This document shows, piece after piece, positions 31,600-44,328 of a stretch of DNA of 64,000 nt. Source of the stretch: the human T2T-CHM13v2.0 reference genome, Homo sapiens; the NCBI RefSeq assembly GCF_009914755.1, contig NC_060935.1, one strand, 5' to 3'. The notes under the pieces are model-generated. The model was not told the DNA's origin. It was given only the letters and a program-made list of their open reading frames with translations, and did no database searches. Made by a program: the position numbers and the translations under genes. Every line of letters begins with the position of its first letter. Within the stretch, counting starts at the first letter, position 1.

Positions 31600-32080
31600 T
31601 AGTTGGTGTATATAAAATGGAATACGCTTTATTCTGTTATTTATGGAAACATCATGGTGGAGTCAGTGGCAGCTGACTACAGAAACACTAAAACAATACA
31701 TGGAGGAAATTCCTCCACTGGTATCCAAGAACTTGATGGTGTATAAGAGATATTTTCCACCTATAATTCTGTATGATGTCACTTGAGACTCATCAGAGTG
31801 GAATTACTGTAAATCATTAGCTTTGTTATACCTATTACAATGAATACCTTCCCAACTCCAAATGCATCCTGAGTGAATGTTATGAGTAAGGATGAAGGTT
31901 TTTGGATGAAAGAGGTATGAATTCACGTCAAAACAACATTAGGCCTTGGTGGGCTTATCTCTAGCAAATATTTGGACTCAATGGCCAAAAGACTGGGATT
32001 TGATTTGCAAGAACAAAGTGAGGAAGAGAATGAAACAATGATTCCTATGATGTGGGGATGAGCGTGTAAGGAACTTAACA
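31600..32080 (+). mobile_element. Probable ancient non-LTR retrotransposon RT fragment (RTE/RTE-X, L4-like)
   Basis: Frameshifted translation gives FCYL/GNIM (31632-31656) and then LMVYKRYFPPIILYD (31733-31777), resembling F.YLG...K..VYK....P.LLYG of RTE-type RTs. Confidence 0.45.
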
Positions 32081-33039
32081 AAAAATCAACATGAGGATCT
32101 TGGTTGTCCCCCCCCCCCCCCGTTTTTTATTGATCAGTTTCACCGGCTTGTTGCTCAGTTTTGATGGTGAATCTCTATGTTGAAACTTTCATTGGTAAAG
32201 TTAAGTAGACAAGAGCAGGCATGCAACACTAACCACCCCCTACCCAAGTCCTGGCCCTCAAATCCATTCCCTGGGTTTATCTAGATAGGTAAATATCTCA
32301 AATTCTCCTGGTAGAGGCCCAGCCTTTGTTGATTGCCTATCTAAAGAAAGGGACAGCAAAGAGGCCAGGGAATGTTAATATTTTCCTTTTGTATGTGTCT
32401 AATGTCATTCCTGATTAAATTAGATGAGTCACTCTCTTCTCCATCACCATTTTTAGGCTGGCCAATGAGAAGGCCATCTCCCCCAGGCTGCCTGCTTCTC
32501 TAGACACTGAAAGAATTACTCAAGTCCTAACTTTCTTTTTATTACACTTCTTAGGAGTACCAGGTAATAAATCAACTGGGGAAGACAGATACGGAAAAGC
32601 AATATTTAAAATGAGTTATGATGTTAAAGGGAAGACTTGCTATTATGTTTTATCAAAGGCAGCCACTAACAAGCATAATGTAATTCACAATGCTTAAGTA
32701 GGGTGACTTTAATTGCAACAGTCATTAAGCCCACAGGATCATTAAGTGCATTAAAGGAGGGAGCCAATGAGCTATCATGAATGAAATAAGGTCCCCACTC
32801 ACCCCATTTCACCTATTTAACTGGAATTGAACTCAGTCTGGATCTCTGATACAGCCACAGTCCTTTGACTTCCTCTTCTTTCTATACCAAGCCACTGTGA
32901 CTATTTCAGAATAGTTCAAAGGCAAGCATTTAAGAGGAAACAAAGGGAGACAGAGGTATTGTCAAACCACAGTTTCAATTTTCTCATGGATTAAATTTTG
33001 CTGGATATTACATTTTTATAGAATTTTAAAGTTTGAAGT

Positions 33040-33960
<921 letters not shown>

Positions 33961-34333
33961 TTCACATGTGAAAGAACGGTGATTTATGCTCTGGTCCCTT
34001 CTTTTCCCTTTACTTCATCTTTCAACGTCCACACCTTTTTACTCCACTATTGAGATAACGAAATTATTTCAGTTTTTGAGATGCAAATACTCTTTCTTTC
34101 TGCTGGGCTATCCAGCATATTGTTTCCATTTTTAGAACACCATCTCTTCCATTTTCTCTTTCCTGCAACCAACCCAAGCTTAACCCAAGTCTCACACACG
34201 TAAAGTATTTCCGAACCCCTTTCTGGACCTCCAAAGCCTGGGTTGAGTTCTTAATGTACTCCTGTTCCACAGCATACATCTTCCATCATTGTAATTACCT
34301 GTTTACTTGCTTGCATCACCTATTCTTTCTGTG

Positions 34334-34480
34334 AGGGTGGGCGCAGTGGCTCATGCCTATAATCCCAGCACATTGGGAGGCTAAGATGGGAGCACTGCTT
34401 GAGCCCAGGAGTTTGATACCTGCCTAGGCAACATAGTGAGTCTCCATTTCTAAAAAACAGAGAGAGAGAGAGAGAACAGA
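34334..34480 (+). mobile_element. FLAM-C monomer with (GA)n tail
   Basis: Single left-type monomer gcttgagcccaggagtttga...caacatagtgag. Confidence 0.85.
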
Positions 34481-34484
34481 GACC

Positions 34485-35159
34485 GTTTCCAGATTCTGAT
34501 GGCACTGTATGTGGCAGCTTCTTCCCAAGTTGGACACCATGGAGTCTTTTCCTTGCTGTATCTGCATGCCACATGCCCATGGAGAGGTGGGGTCTATTCC
34601 TTCCCTCACCTGGAATCTGGGCTGGCTTTCACGGCTCAGTTTGACCTATAGAATGTGGTGGAAGTGATGCTCAAGGACTTGCACTTGGGCTTGAATCTGG
34701 GCTGGCTTTCATGGCTCAGTTTGACCTATAGAATGTGGTGGAAGTGATGCTCAAGGACTTGCACTTGGGCTTCTTGGAACATGTGTATGGGGAATTAGTC
34801 ATCATGTAAGGAATATGACTACTGTGAGACAGCCATTCTGTGAGGAATCCAAGCTAAGTGGAGAAGCCCTGGACAATGAGACAGCATGTAGAGAGAGGGA
34901 AGAGAGAGAGAGAGAGAGCGAGTGAGCGAGAGAGAGAGAGAGAAAGAGAGACATGGTCAAGGAGCACCAAGGTTCTAGACACGTGAGTGAAGATGCCATC
35001 TTGAAAGAATTCTCCAGCCATTAGTTCATCAGATGCCAAATGAATCCAGGTGAGCCATCCCCAGATTCTTGACTCACAAATTTGTGGGCACAATAAAATA
35101 CTTGTTTCAGCCACTTTGCTTGTAGGTAGTTTGTTACACAGCAATAGTCAACTGCAGCA
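34485..35159 (+). mobile_element. MaLR solo LTR (MLT1F/G/H-like)
   Basis: tgacctatagaatgtggtggaagtgatg; 3' end aataaa...ttcagccact...gtagtttgttacacagcaatagtcaactgcagca. Confidence 0.85.
34613..34772 (+). repeat. 80-bp tandem duplication inside the MLT1 LTR
   Basis: Units 34613-34692 and 34693-34772 differ at one base (acgg/atgg). Confidence 0.95.
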
Positions 35160-36217
35160 TCACCCTGACATGTAGTGGGCCCTCAATAAATATCTGTTAA
35201 GGGAATATATGATAGAAGTTTTACTTTTTTCCCCCATTTTTTCCCTGTTACTTTCTGATTTTTCCATAATGTATATAAACAATAAACTATAGGAATTTGT
35301 TCTTTTTTTAATGAAAGAAAGAGGTTCCAGGAAATCTAAAAGTGAAAATGACATGAGATGGCAGGCTTCGGTCAGTTAACTAGAGAACATCTCTCTGATT
35401 TAACCCAATGGTACAGAAATGTCATAAATTCTTTCTGCAAATGTGGCTTCTCCATAAGGGCCTCTCATTGAAGAAATAAATAGTTAACTCTGAAGCCCAA
35501 TAGTCAGGACTGACAGAAAAAGAAGCATGGTGTTGACTTTTAATCTCTCAGTGTCTAAAACCTCAAATGGTCGTAGACAATCTCCACCTGTACAGCTTAG
35601 CCTTCTCTGAGCTTGGTGTTGTCTGTTATTTAAGGAAGAAAAAACATTATGTCTTCTTGTTCCTCTTGCAGAACAGTCTCAGGTTCTTAAGGTTGTAACA
35701 GAGAATGGAAAGCCTTCACTTTTCTTCCAATGAGGTTTCTGTTAGTCGGGGGAGCGGGGTGGTAAATGTCCATTGGCTTGCTATGATGTGGCAGGGGTGG
35801 GGGCACGGTACTAACATTCTTCATGTGAGAATTTCTTTCCAGTCTGGAAAGCAACATCTAAGTTTTGCTTATGACGCCAAGGGAGGGCAATTGCTGTCAG
35901 TGGTGTTTCTAACCGGTTCAAGCAACTGTGTCTAGGATGAATTAGGTGTCTTGGATGGATGGAGTGAAATGCTCTTTAGTGACAAGTGGGGGATTAGCTA
36001 GATGATCTGTGCTAACACTTTCAGCCCAAGAATTCTCTGGCATCATGGATTTCCACTTGGAGAGCTTAGTGCATTGAGAATCATTTCAATTCTAGCATGT
36101 TAGATCCCATTATTCCATAAATATGTCCATACAGTCCAGATTTTCCTCTGAGACTAAAGTAAAATAAATGGTAAATTAAGGAATGCATGAGTAGATCAAT
36201 GAATTAGATTCATAGCT

Positions 36218-36360
36218 TTATTTTTATTGTTTACGGTGTTGAAATATGTATTAAAAATTTACCATTTTAGCCATTTCTAAGTGTAAAATTCTGTGGCTTT
36301 TAGTACATTTACAATGTTGTGTAACCATCACAATGATTTCTAAAACATTTTCGTCATACC
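36218..36360 (-). mobile_element. L1MB 3'-end fragment
   Basis: aaaatttaccattttagccatttctaagtgtaaaattctgtggc...acaatgttgtgtaaccatcac. Confidence 0.75.
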
Positions 36361-36654
36361 TATAACTAAGTTTTTAAAACATCCACCTATTCAAAGGCTA
36401 TTTTTTATTTCTGGATTCCAAACCTTTGATGCGGTCAAATAGCTGACCTTGAAATAAGTGCTTTATTGCCCAAGTCCTCCATGGATGAAATATTTAAGAA
36501 ACATGTGCGTCAAAGTAGTAACACTGAAACCAGCTTCTCAGTGTACCAGTATTGTCAGCGGTTTTAAATCCTCTGAGAAGAGTTAACATCTAAAAGAGTA
36601 ACAGCTGCAATTGGTGAGTCATTCAGATCATGTCAGGCCTAGGGGGCGAGCATT

Positions 36655-37152
36655 GCTATGTCTGCCCCATGCCTATTCTTCTGCCAATTGATGTGGCTCC
36701 CCTGGCTACAGGAATGATTATGTGGTCCAGGCTGGGCCAATCTTAGTGCCTCACTTCCAGGCCACAGCAATGGACCAAGGATGAGCATAGGGTCCAAACC
36801 AGGGTGATCTGAGTTTTTCTCTTGGGTTTTTCAAATTTCAGTTGGGAGAAGACAGCCTTTATTTTCATCTCTGGTTCTGGAGCATTTGGGATCTAAATCT
36901 GGAGTAGCTGACAGTCATGCCCCATTCTGTTAGGTAAGATGGTTTGGGAGACGATATCTAGTATTTGGAGAGAAGTAGAGATGACAGATGAAGAGAGAGA
37001 TTCCTTAGAGCCTTTGATCCTTGGCTTAGTGGTTCCTAAAGTCATATCCACACCTGCCTTTTCAGTTGTTGGGCTATTACTAATCCCTCTCTTTTGCCTG
37101 AATCATTTTAAGGTGTGTTTCTGTGCCTGGTAACCCAGAGTCCTGATCAATA
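36655..37152 (+). mobile_element. MaLR LTR (MLT1K/L-like)
   Basis: tgtggtccaggctgggccaatc...ggccacagcaatgg...; 3' tttctgtgcctggtaacccagagtcctgatcaata. Confidence 0.7.
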
Positions 37153-37498
37153 TGGGAATATTTATCACTGTAGCCAAACTACATATTTTGATCAGTAATA
37201 TAGATGCCAGCCAGTATTGCCAACCTGTGACTTTATGGGATAAGCATATAGAGACAGGAAGGCAGTGTTTCCCATGCCCATCCATCCATCCACAAATTTA
37301 ATACATCTGTCCATCCATTCTCCAGCCCCATGGATATTACATATTTGTGAATATAAAGCAATATCTTTTAATTGCTATAATCTTTTCTGTCTTGTGAAAT
37401 CCTACTCATTGTTCAAAATGTTCACCATACAGTTGCAGGAAACAGAGAGTACTCTATCCATTTTAAGCAGCAAGGGATTCAATACAAGGAATTAAGTA

Positions 37499-37608
37499 CA
37501 GATGCTTCTCAACTTATGATAAACCCATCGTAAGTAGAGGAGGATACTGAACGTGTATCACTTTCGCACGATCCTGACGTTGAACCATCTTAAGTTGGGG
37601 ACCATCTG
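37499..37608. mobile_element. Tigger-derived MITE (MER47-like, internally deleted)
   Basis: TIRs cagatgcttctcaacttatgat / atcttaagttggggaccatctg; flanked by TA and CA (decayed TA TSD); internal gtatcactttcgcacgatc. Confidence 0.8.
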
Positions 37609-38119
37609 CACTTACAACATTGTCGGATGTGCTGGAGGAGCAGACTCTAGGTGGGGCCTCCAGGAATGAATCTTAGAGGAACACCATGGATTTAGTCTGC
37701 CAGGAAAGTTTCTACTTCTGCCACAGTCAGGAAGAAGAGGAATCAGTAAGCTACTACTGGAATTACCAACTTCACAGTAGGAACCCAAAAGCTACTTCTG
37801 ATGTCTTTGCAACTGTCTTTAATCACCCACAAAGCTAGTGATTAGGCAATACCAAGTGCTGCTGCAGAAAAATCCCAAAGTATTCACAGCTGTACTTGTT
37901 GGTGGCAGTGGCAGAATTCAGGGAAACTCACTTCCACCTTCGAAATCTGGCAGGTGTACCTAAATGTATACCATGTTCACTTGGGTAAGAGAAACATAGC
38001 GTTAGAACAGAATTGGGGATAAGCATGCTGCCTGTGCTGGTTAAACCTCATCTTTGCATTTAGTTTTGGGTAGCCCAATTTAAGAGGGAAAGAGATAGAT
38101 GATGTATTTGGGGAGAGTG

Positions 38120-38410
38120 GACATGATGATGAAGAGACCAAAAACCATGTTATATAAAAAGTAACTGAAAGATCTGGAAAAACATAGCTGGGAGAGAGAA
38201 AACTCAAGAAGGCTGTGCTGGTTTTTGTTTAATATTTGAAAGGCAAGTTCTTTAAGGTCTCTAAGGGTAGGATGGAAGCTATAGGAACTAGATTTTAATG
38301 GACATAAGAAAGAAGCCTCTACTAATCAGAGCCATGGAATGATTGTATTGCTCTGGAGATAAGGAGTTCTCTATCTGTAGAAGTACCCAACCATTGTTTG
38401 CATGGCCAGG
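38120..38410 (+). mobile_element. L3/CR1 LINE 3' fragment
   Basis: aaaccatgttatata...ggatggaagctatagga...taagaaagaagcctctactaatcagagc...ggagttctctatctgtagaagt. Confidence 0.65.
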
Positions 38411-39824
38411 TGATAAATTTTGGAAAATATTTTATTTTTACATGCTAGAGACTTGATGATGTATTTGCTATGAAGTTAGTTAATTTTGGAAAAGTCCTTC
38501 ACTTTTTTCAATTTTTCTGGGTAGCTGTGTAAATACTACATTAGATAGATTCTTCTACCTAAATACTAGATTTAGAAAGAAGTGGAGTAGAAGGGGTCTG
38601 AACACAACATCTCTTTAGGATCCAAAATAAGATCTTGTGATGGAGAGGCAGCTATGTTGGGCTTGGGGAAGGGGCAGAACATGGTTGAAATAACACCCTT
38701 CAGGGGTTAGAAAAGAATAAGAAATAGCAGTACCTCCCAAAAGAGTATTTCAGCAAGATAGCCTTTGAGAGATTTAGTTGGAATTTAGACTTGAATGAGG
38801 GGTATAATGGGGTTTGGTATAAATGATAATAGTTATTGATTATAGAGCATACAGTATATAAAACATATATATTTAATATGTATGAGATCTCCTTGATTTA
38901 CACATGAGGACTATGGAGCTTAAAAAAGTTAAATGACTTGTCCAAGGCAACAAAATTACTCAGGAGAAGAGCCAGGATTTGAACCCTTGGTTATTTGGTC
39001 CCAAACCTCATGCATATGCATTGCACTACACCATGCTCCATGTTCAAATTGGGAAAGCATGAAAATTCAGCTGGTAATGGATCCCAGGCTATTAACAACC
39101 AGGTCTACCCAGCAGGGCCAGGAGGGTATGGTAAGGCAAATATCAGAATCATTTGGGCAATGAACCACCCACTCTTCTTTCAATAGCCAGAGTAACACAG
39201 ACTAAATCTATATATAGCCAAAGAATGCTATTTTTGAGACATCTTTATTAACTGATTTCAGCACCATTTATTTCAATCACGTTTTCATCCACCAAATAGA
39301 AATACAAGTAATTGCCTCAAAAGGTTCATGTGAGGATTGATTGAGATAACATTTATAAAAGTGCTTGCCTAGAATGTCTATGCTAAATAAAAGGGAGTTG
39401 ACTCTGAATTCTGAAGTTATTTTGCCTTTACGGACGTGGTCTCAGTCTTAGACCTTGTAGTCAGTTGGAAGAACAACAGAAGAAGAGATATCTTTGAATT
39501 CTCAGGAGAACTTCTTTAAAAAAAAATCCATTTGTGCCCTATTATTTTAGTCTACCTGCAGCTGTATCCAAACAGGGAGGTGGGAGGGGAAGTAAAGAGT
39601 TCAGCTTATAGTTAGTGAATCCAATTTATGTTCGGGTCAAAACTCTTGACTGTAAGGCCAACTGATTATTTGGCTGTACAGTCACTTTTTTCATCAGAGT
39701 AGGTAGTTGCTTATGTGACGTGATCTGAAAGTCACTGAAAGGCCTTTTGTCCTCAAATCTTTCCTCTTTCAATAAGGCATGGAATCTGAAATTCCATTCT
39801 GAGAAATCTAACCTCAGGTTAAGG

Positions 39825-39975
39825 CCATGATTCTCAAACTTTGCTATGCATCTGGGTCCCTTGAAGTACTTATTTAAAATACTGAACCAGAACTACTAAG
39901 TTTCTGGGGTTGGGGCCTGGGCAACTGTATTTTTGACTAGATGAGTCTAATGCACAACATAGTTTGAGAAAAACA
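39825..39975. mobile_element. MER5A-like hAT MITE
   Basis: catgattctcaaacttt...ctggggttggggcctgggcaactgtattttt...tagtttgagaa. Confidence 0.75.
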
Positions 39976-40029
39976 AGATGAAGCCATTATATCTATAGAC
40001 GTCCCCTATTACATTCCTAGTCTTCTCTC

Positions 40030-41330
40030 AGGGAGTTTGCCCTGGTTCTCCAATGACAGCATCTACCTCCTCATTCTACTAAAACTGCTCTTGTCAATAT
40101 CATCAGTGAGCTCTATGTTGTCAACTCTAATGGGTTCGTTTTAGTCCTCATATTATAGATCCTCTCAGCAACCTTTGATGCCATTTACTTCTCCTCCTCT
40201 GAATCCATGAGATGTCAGTATCTCCTTGTTTCCCTCCTTAACTCATTGACTGCTCCTACTCCTTCTTCCTTGCTGGCTTCTCCTCCTCCATTCAACTGCA
40301 AATAAGGAAGTTTCCCAGGACTTGTAGTCAGGCCTTGCTCTTCCTTGTATATTCTCTTCCTAGACTTAAATATCTAGTGGCCAGCAATTTCTAAATTTTT
40401 ACAGCCTACCTAGTCTTCTCCTCTGAGCACTAGATTTATGCAGTCAACCACCTACTTGATAGACTGACTTGGATATCTCATGATTACCTTAAACTCACCA
40501 CATTAGAAGTGATCTCTAAACCCTTCCGCATCCCCACATCATTCTCAAATCTAAGTTTCTCAGGGAATGGTATCACCATATACCCAATTATTCAAACTAG
40601 AACCCAGCAGTTATGTGGGATTACTACTTCTGCCTCTTCACCTGCATCCACTTCATCAGCAAGTCATGGCAATGACCTCCCCATGACCACCATTCAGCAA
40701 GCCACCGTCCTCTTTCCCAGAATCCTTCCTGGTAACTGCTTCATCTCTTACACGCCTTACATCATTCTTAAAGAAGCCAGAACATTCCTTTAAATAACTC
40801 AAAACACAAACGAGATCACTAATATCCCCCCTTAAGCTGTTCAGTGGCTTCCTACTACATTTAGAATAAAATTGAGTTTTTACCTGGGTCTGTAAGACAC
40901 CCACTCTTTTCTTCCTCATCTTGGTCTATAAGGCTCTTTATCTCGCTACTTTGCTCACTAGGTTCTAGTCACACTGGTCTTCTTCAACTTCTCAAATACT
41001 CCAAGTTATTTCCCTCCTCAGGGCCTTTGCATATGCTGTTCCTTCTGCCTGGATTGATCTTCACCTCCATGACTATTTCTCATCCCTCAGATCTTAGTTT
41101 AAATCTTGCCTTCCATGACCACTCTCCCTAAGTAGGTATTCTCTGTTATTCTCCATTAATTCTTCATAGTGCTTTGAATTTTGTAATTATTCATTCATTT
41201 GTTTATTGCCTATCTCCCACTCTAGAATACAAGCTCCATGAATTCAGAGACTAGGTGTATATACCGAATTTCTGAAATAGTGTCTGGCCTATGTTACTTG
41301 TTCAATAAAAATCTGCTAAATAAAATGATA
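40030..41330 (+). mobile_element. L2 (L2a-like) LINE, ~1.3 kb 3' portion
   Basis: ctactaaaactgctcttgtcaa...ctcagggcctttgcatatgctgttccttctgcctgga...tagaatacaagctccatga...gttcaataaaaatctgctaaataaaatga. Confidence 0.88.
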
Positions 41331-41339
41331 AAAAAAAAG

Positions 41340-42310
41340 ATGTTAAATGAAAATATAGCAGAATATTTTAATTTTCTGGAAGTTTGGGAAAGTTTTTCTA
41401 ACCATGGCATGAAACTTAAAAACCATAAATGTAAAGATTGACAAATCTGACTGTATTAAGTACTGAATATTTCTATAACAGAATTGAAAAACTGTAAATG
41501 ACCTGGAAAAAATCTTGCAAAATATTAAAGGGAATTTCTTCAAATTAATAAGAAAAGAAAAGCAGACCAATAGAAAAAATAGACACGGTAACTTATAGAA
41601 TCAAATTGACAAATGGCCACTAAAAATTTTATAAGAAATATGCTCAGCTTCATTCTTTATAAATATCAGTTTTTCATTCTGTTGAATTTGCAGTACCCAG
41701 GTCAGGTGTGTATGGAAACAGTTACCTTTCATACACTAATGTCATACACTAACAGTTAACTTCTCTATGTGTCTTATAATTTAGTGTCACATTTTTATTG
41801 AATGATTTGGCCATGTCTATTGAAATTTAAAATGTGTCTTCGCTTTAACTCAACACTGTTTTGAATGAGCAATTTTAGAAATTCCTCCTAAAATAATACT
41901 TTCACAGTGTGCGACATATGTTGAAATCTGTTTAGTTTGACGTTGTATAAACAAAAACTGGAAACTATCTGATTATTCAATAATGTAATGGTATATCCAT
42001 ACAAAGAAATATAATGCAGCTCTTAAAAAGAAAAATGCTACAGATTTATATATTCTGTTTCAGAAAGACATCTTTGATATATGGTGAAAATTAATGGTAT
42101 GTGTAGTAATTTCCTATTTTTTTAAATAAAAATGCATATATTGATAAATTGCATAAATATGTTCAGATATGAGTGGAAAAATAAAGAAATGACTGAAATT
42201 CTTAACCATGGCTATTTAGGAAATTTGAGTTTGGAGACTTTCCATTTTATACTATATACGTATATATCTCATATTTCTGTATTGTTTGAATTTTTTTTTA
42301 CCCACAGCAT
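41340..42310 (+). mobile_element. Old L1ME/L1MC fragment
   Basis: A-rich; aaatggccactaaa...atgctcagcttcatt...aactggaaactatct...ggtatatccatacaaagaaatataatgcagc. Confidence 0.7.
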
Positions 42311-42357
42311 ATACTGTTCTGTAATTAAACAGAGGGCGGGGTGTGTCTGGTGGGGGG

Positions 42358-42395
42358 GAGAGAGAGAGAGAGAGAGAAAGAAAGAGAGAGAGAGA
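42358..42395 (+). repeat. (GA)n simple repeat
   Basis: gagagagagag...aaagaaagagagagagagag. Confidence 0.9.
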
Positions 42396-42699
42396 GTGCG
42401 CAATGTGCAGAAGACAAACGATTACTGTTTCATGCATTTTGTCATCAGCGTGGTCAGAGCTGCCCCACTAGGCCTCCTGGAAGGTCAGACACTCGGCCAA
42501 GGGTTGACGGGTTCCAGCCCTTCCCCTCTCCTTCTTTACCTCAAGAAAGAGAGGCACTTACTTTAGCATCACATGATTTTACAGGGATCAAATGAAAAAA
42601 GGTTGCTAGAAGCCTTTATCAACTATAAAGCTCTTTCAAATACAAGCGGTTATAATCATAATCAAAGTGCACTTCCCATCCCAGGCAGGACTGGCTGGT

Positions 42700-43990
42700 T
42701 ACTGCAGAAAACCCTCCCAGTGAGCGCTCGGTGCCAGCAACCTGCAGTCCCCTTTATCCCAAATAGCGCTGGCCCCACCGTCACCCTCCCACCACCCCCT
42801 GCTTCTCGGAGGGAGTCCAGCCGGCCTCCTGCCTCCTCACTTCATCCCGGCCCTGACGCAGCCGCTTCCCAGCAGAGCTTGGCTGTTCCTTGAACTTTCA
42901 GTGTTGGTTCGATTTCCTCCAGTGGTACCACATGCTGCTGTGCAAACAGAGCACGTGGTCCCGCCAAACAAAGGAACATGTGTGCTGCAAACCATCCCCC
43001 TATCACGGGAGAGCAGAGCTCCGCCAGGAGAGGGCCGGGCCTGCGCACTCTAATTTTTCACTGCAGTTTAAACACTCCGTGAGGCTCTCAGGAAGCGGCG
43101 GGGGTGGGGGGCGGCCGGAGAGAAGGGGCCCGCGTCTCCGCCGCTTCCATCACCGCCCTGGAAATAGCATCTGAACGCGCACGGCCCGACCAGGCTTCCC
43201 CCAAGCTGCTAAGATTTCATTTCACCTCCGACAGGCTTCATGGGGACTCGCTGTTAAAAGATCACTCTCCCGGGATGCTGTCGTGGGGGAGGGGGCCCGG
43301 CACTGTATACAGCTGTCAAAACGTCTCCGACAGGAGACGAAGGCACATCTGCACAAGCCTGTCTCAGGCTGCGGGGCACACAGGGAGCGCCTCAAACCTA
43401 TCAGTGTAATGCCGAGCGGTAATTGCATTAGGATTAGTTATCTCCTGTGCTCTGCTCATTAGCCCGGAGGATGGCTCGCATCCAGCGAGAGGGTGGCACA
43501 GGGAGAGGGATGGGATATGCGCCTAACAGGTCGTGATAATGAAAGACTAGCTCTCCTGGAGTTTGCTTCCCCCTCCACCCTCCCCACCCGGCCCCCTACT
43601 CTCCGCCTCCCTCTTCCTCTAAACCTCATTTCCTGACTTTTTTTCCTGAAGGTCTTATGAAATGTGCAATTTAGGAAGATTACAATGAAAGAAAAAGAAT
43701 CGAGACTGGTTGAAGGTGGGGGAGGGATGCTGCAGAGAGCGCGAGGAGGGGTTGCCTGAGTCAAGCGAAGGGAAGGAGGAGGCTGGGACTCTCTGATGCC
43801 AAAGCGGGGGCCACAAGAATGCCTGGGTTCTTTTTCTGCCGGAGCTCGTTCCTGACATGTTTTAACTTCCTTCCCTGTGTAATGCCTAAGACCAGGGTGA
43901 GATGGAGAGATGACGATTTCCAGGGGATTTGGAGCCGGGGGAGACGCACCTTAGATTGTGTGAACTCTGAGGGCCGCGCCCACTCCGGGT
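42700..43990. promoter_or_regulatory. CpG-rich island-like element (candidate promoter or orphan-CGI enhancer)
   Basis: The only GC/CpG-dense non-Alu stretch in the window; GC box ggggggcggcc at about 43106-43116; no repeats. Confidence 0.6.
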
Positions 43991-44182
43991 TGAGCTGGTT
44001 GAGCTAAACTGACTCCCTGCTCAGCATTCCCACAGCTTTTCCATTACAGAAGCGCCAGAGAGGAGATGTTTGTCTCATGGCTGGTCCGCAGGGAACAGGG
44101 ACCCAGTCATTTTATTCTTCAGTGCCCCTAGCACACTGTCTGGCATACACAAAGTGCTCAAAAAAAGCATGATGAATAACAG

Positions 44183-44328
44183 TTTTATTTTTATTTTCAC
44201 TTTAGAGACAGGATCTCGCTCTGTCTCCTAGGCTGGAGTGCAGGAGCAGGTCTATAGCTCATTGTAACCTTGACTTCCTTGGCCTTCCAAAGTGCTGGGA
44301 TTACAGGCATGAGCCACCAAGCCAGGCC
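44183..44328 (-). mobile_element. Alu monomer-length element (AluJ with inter-arm deletion, or FRAM-like)
   Basis: Right-arm 3' part gagacaggatctcgctctg... joined directly to left-arm ggccttccaaagtgctggg. Confidence 0.8.

Noticed and set aside
34613-34772. Direct repeats as a possible CRISPR-like array
   Set aside because: Only two abutting units with no spacers, in eukaryotic LTR sequence.
35650-35767. Acceptor-like tcttcttgttcctcttgcag with a downstream gtaaat (similar acceptors near 1678 and 62142)
   Set aside because: Isolated splice-like signals are common; there is no consistent exon chain or coding frame.
36636-36652. ggcctagggggcgag, a CTCF-like motif (similar at about 20549)
   Set aside because: Lacks the conserved 5' CC of the core; not supportable without ChIP data.
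42132-43949. Dense overlapping ORFs across the GC-rich island
   Set aside because: Expected from stop-codon scarcity in GC-rich DNA and the GA repeat; low-complexity peptides, no recognisable domain.
44079-44088. ggctggtccg, matching the 5' end of Y RNAs
   Set aside because: Only 10 nt match; the downstream sequence is not Y RNA-like.
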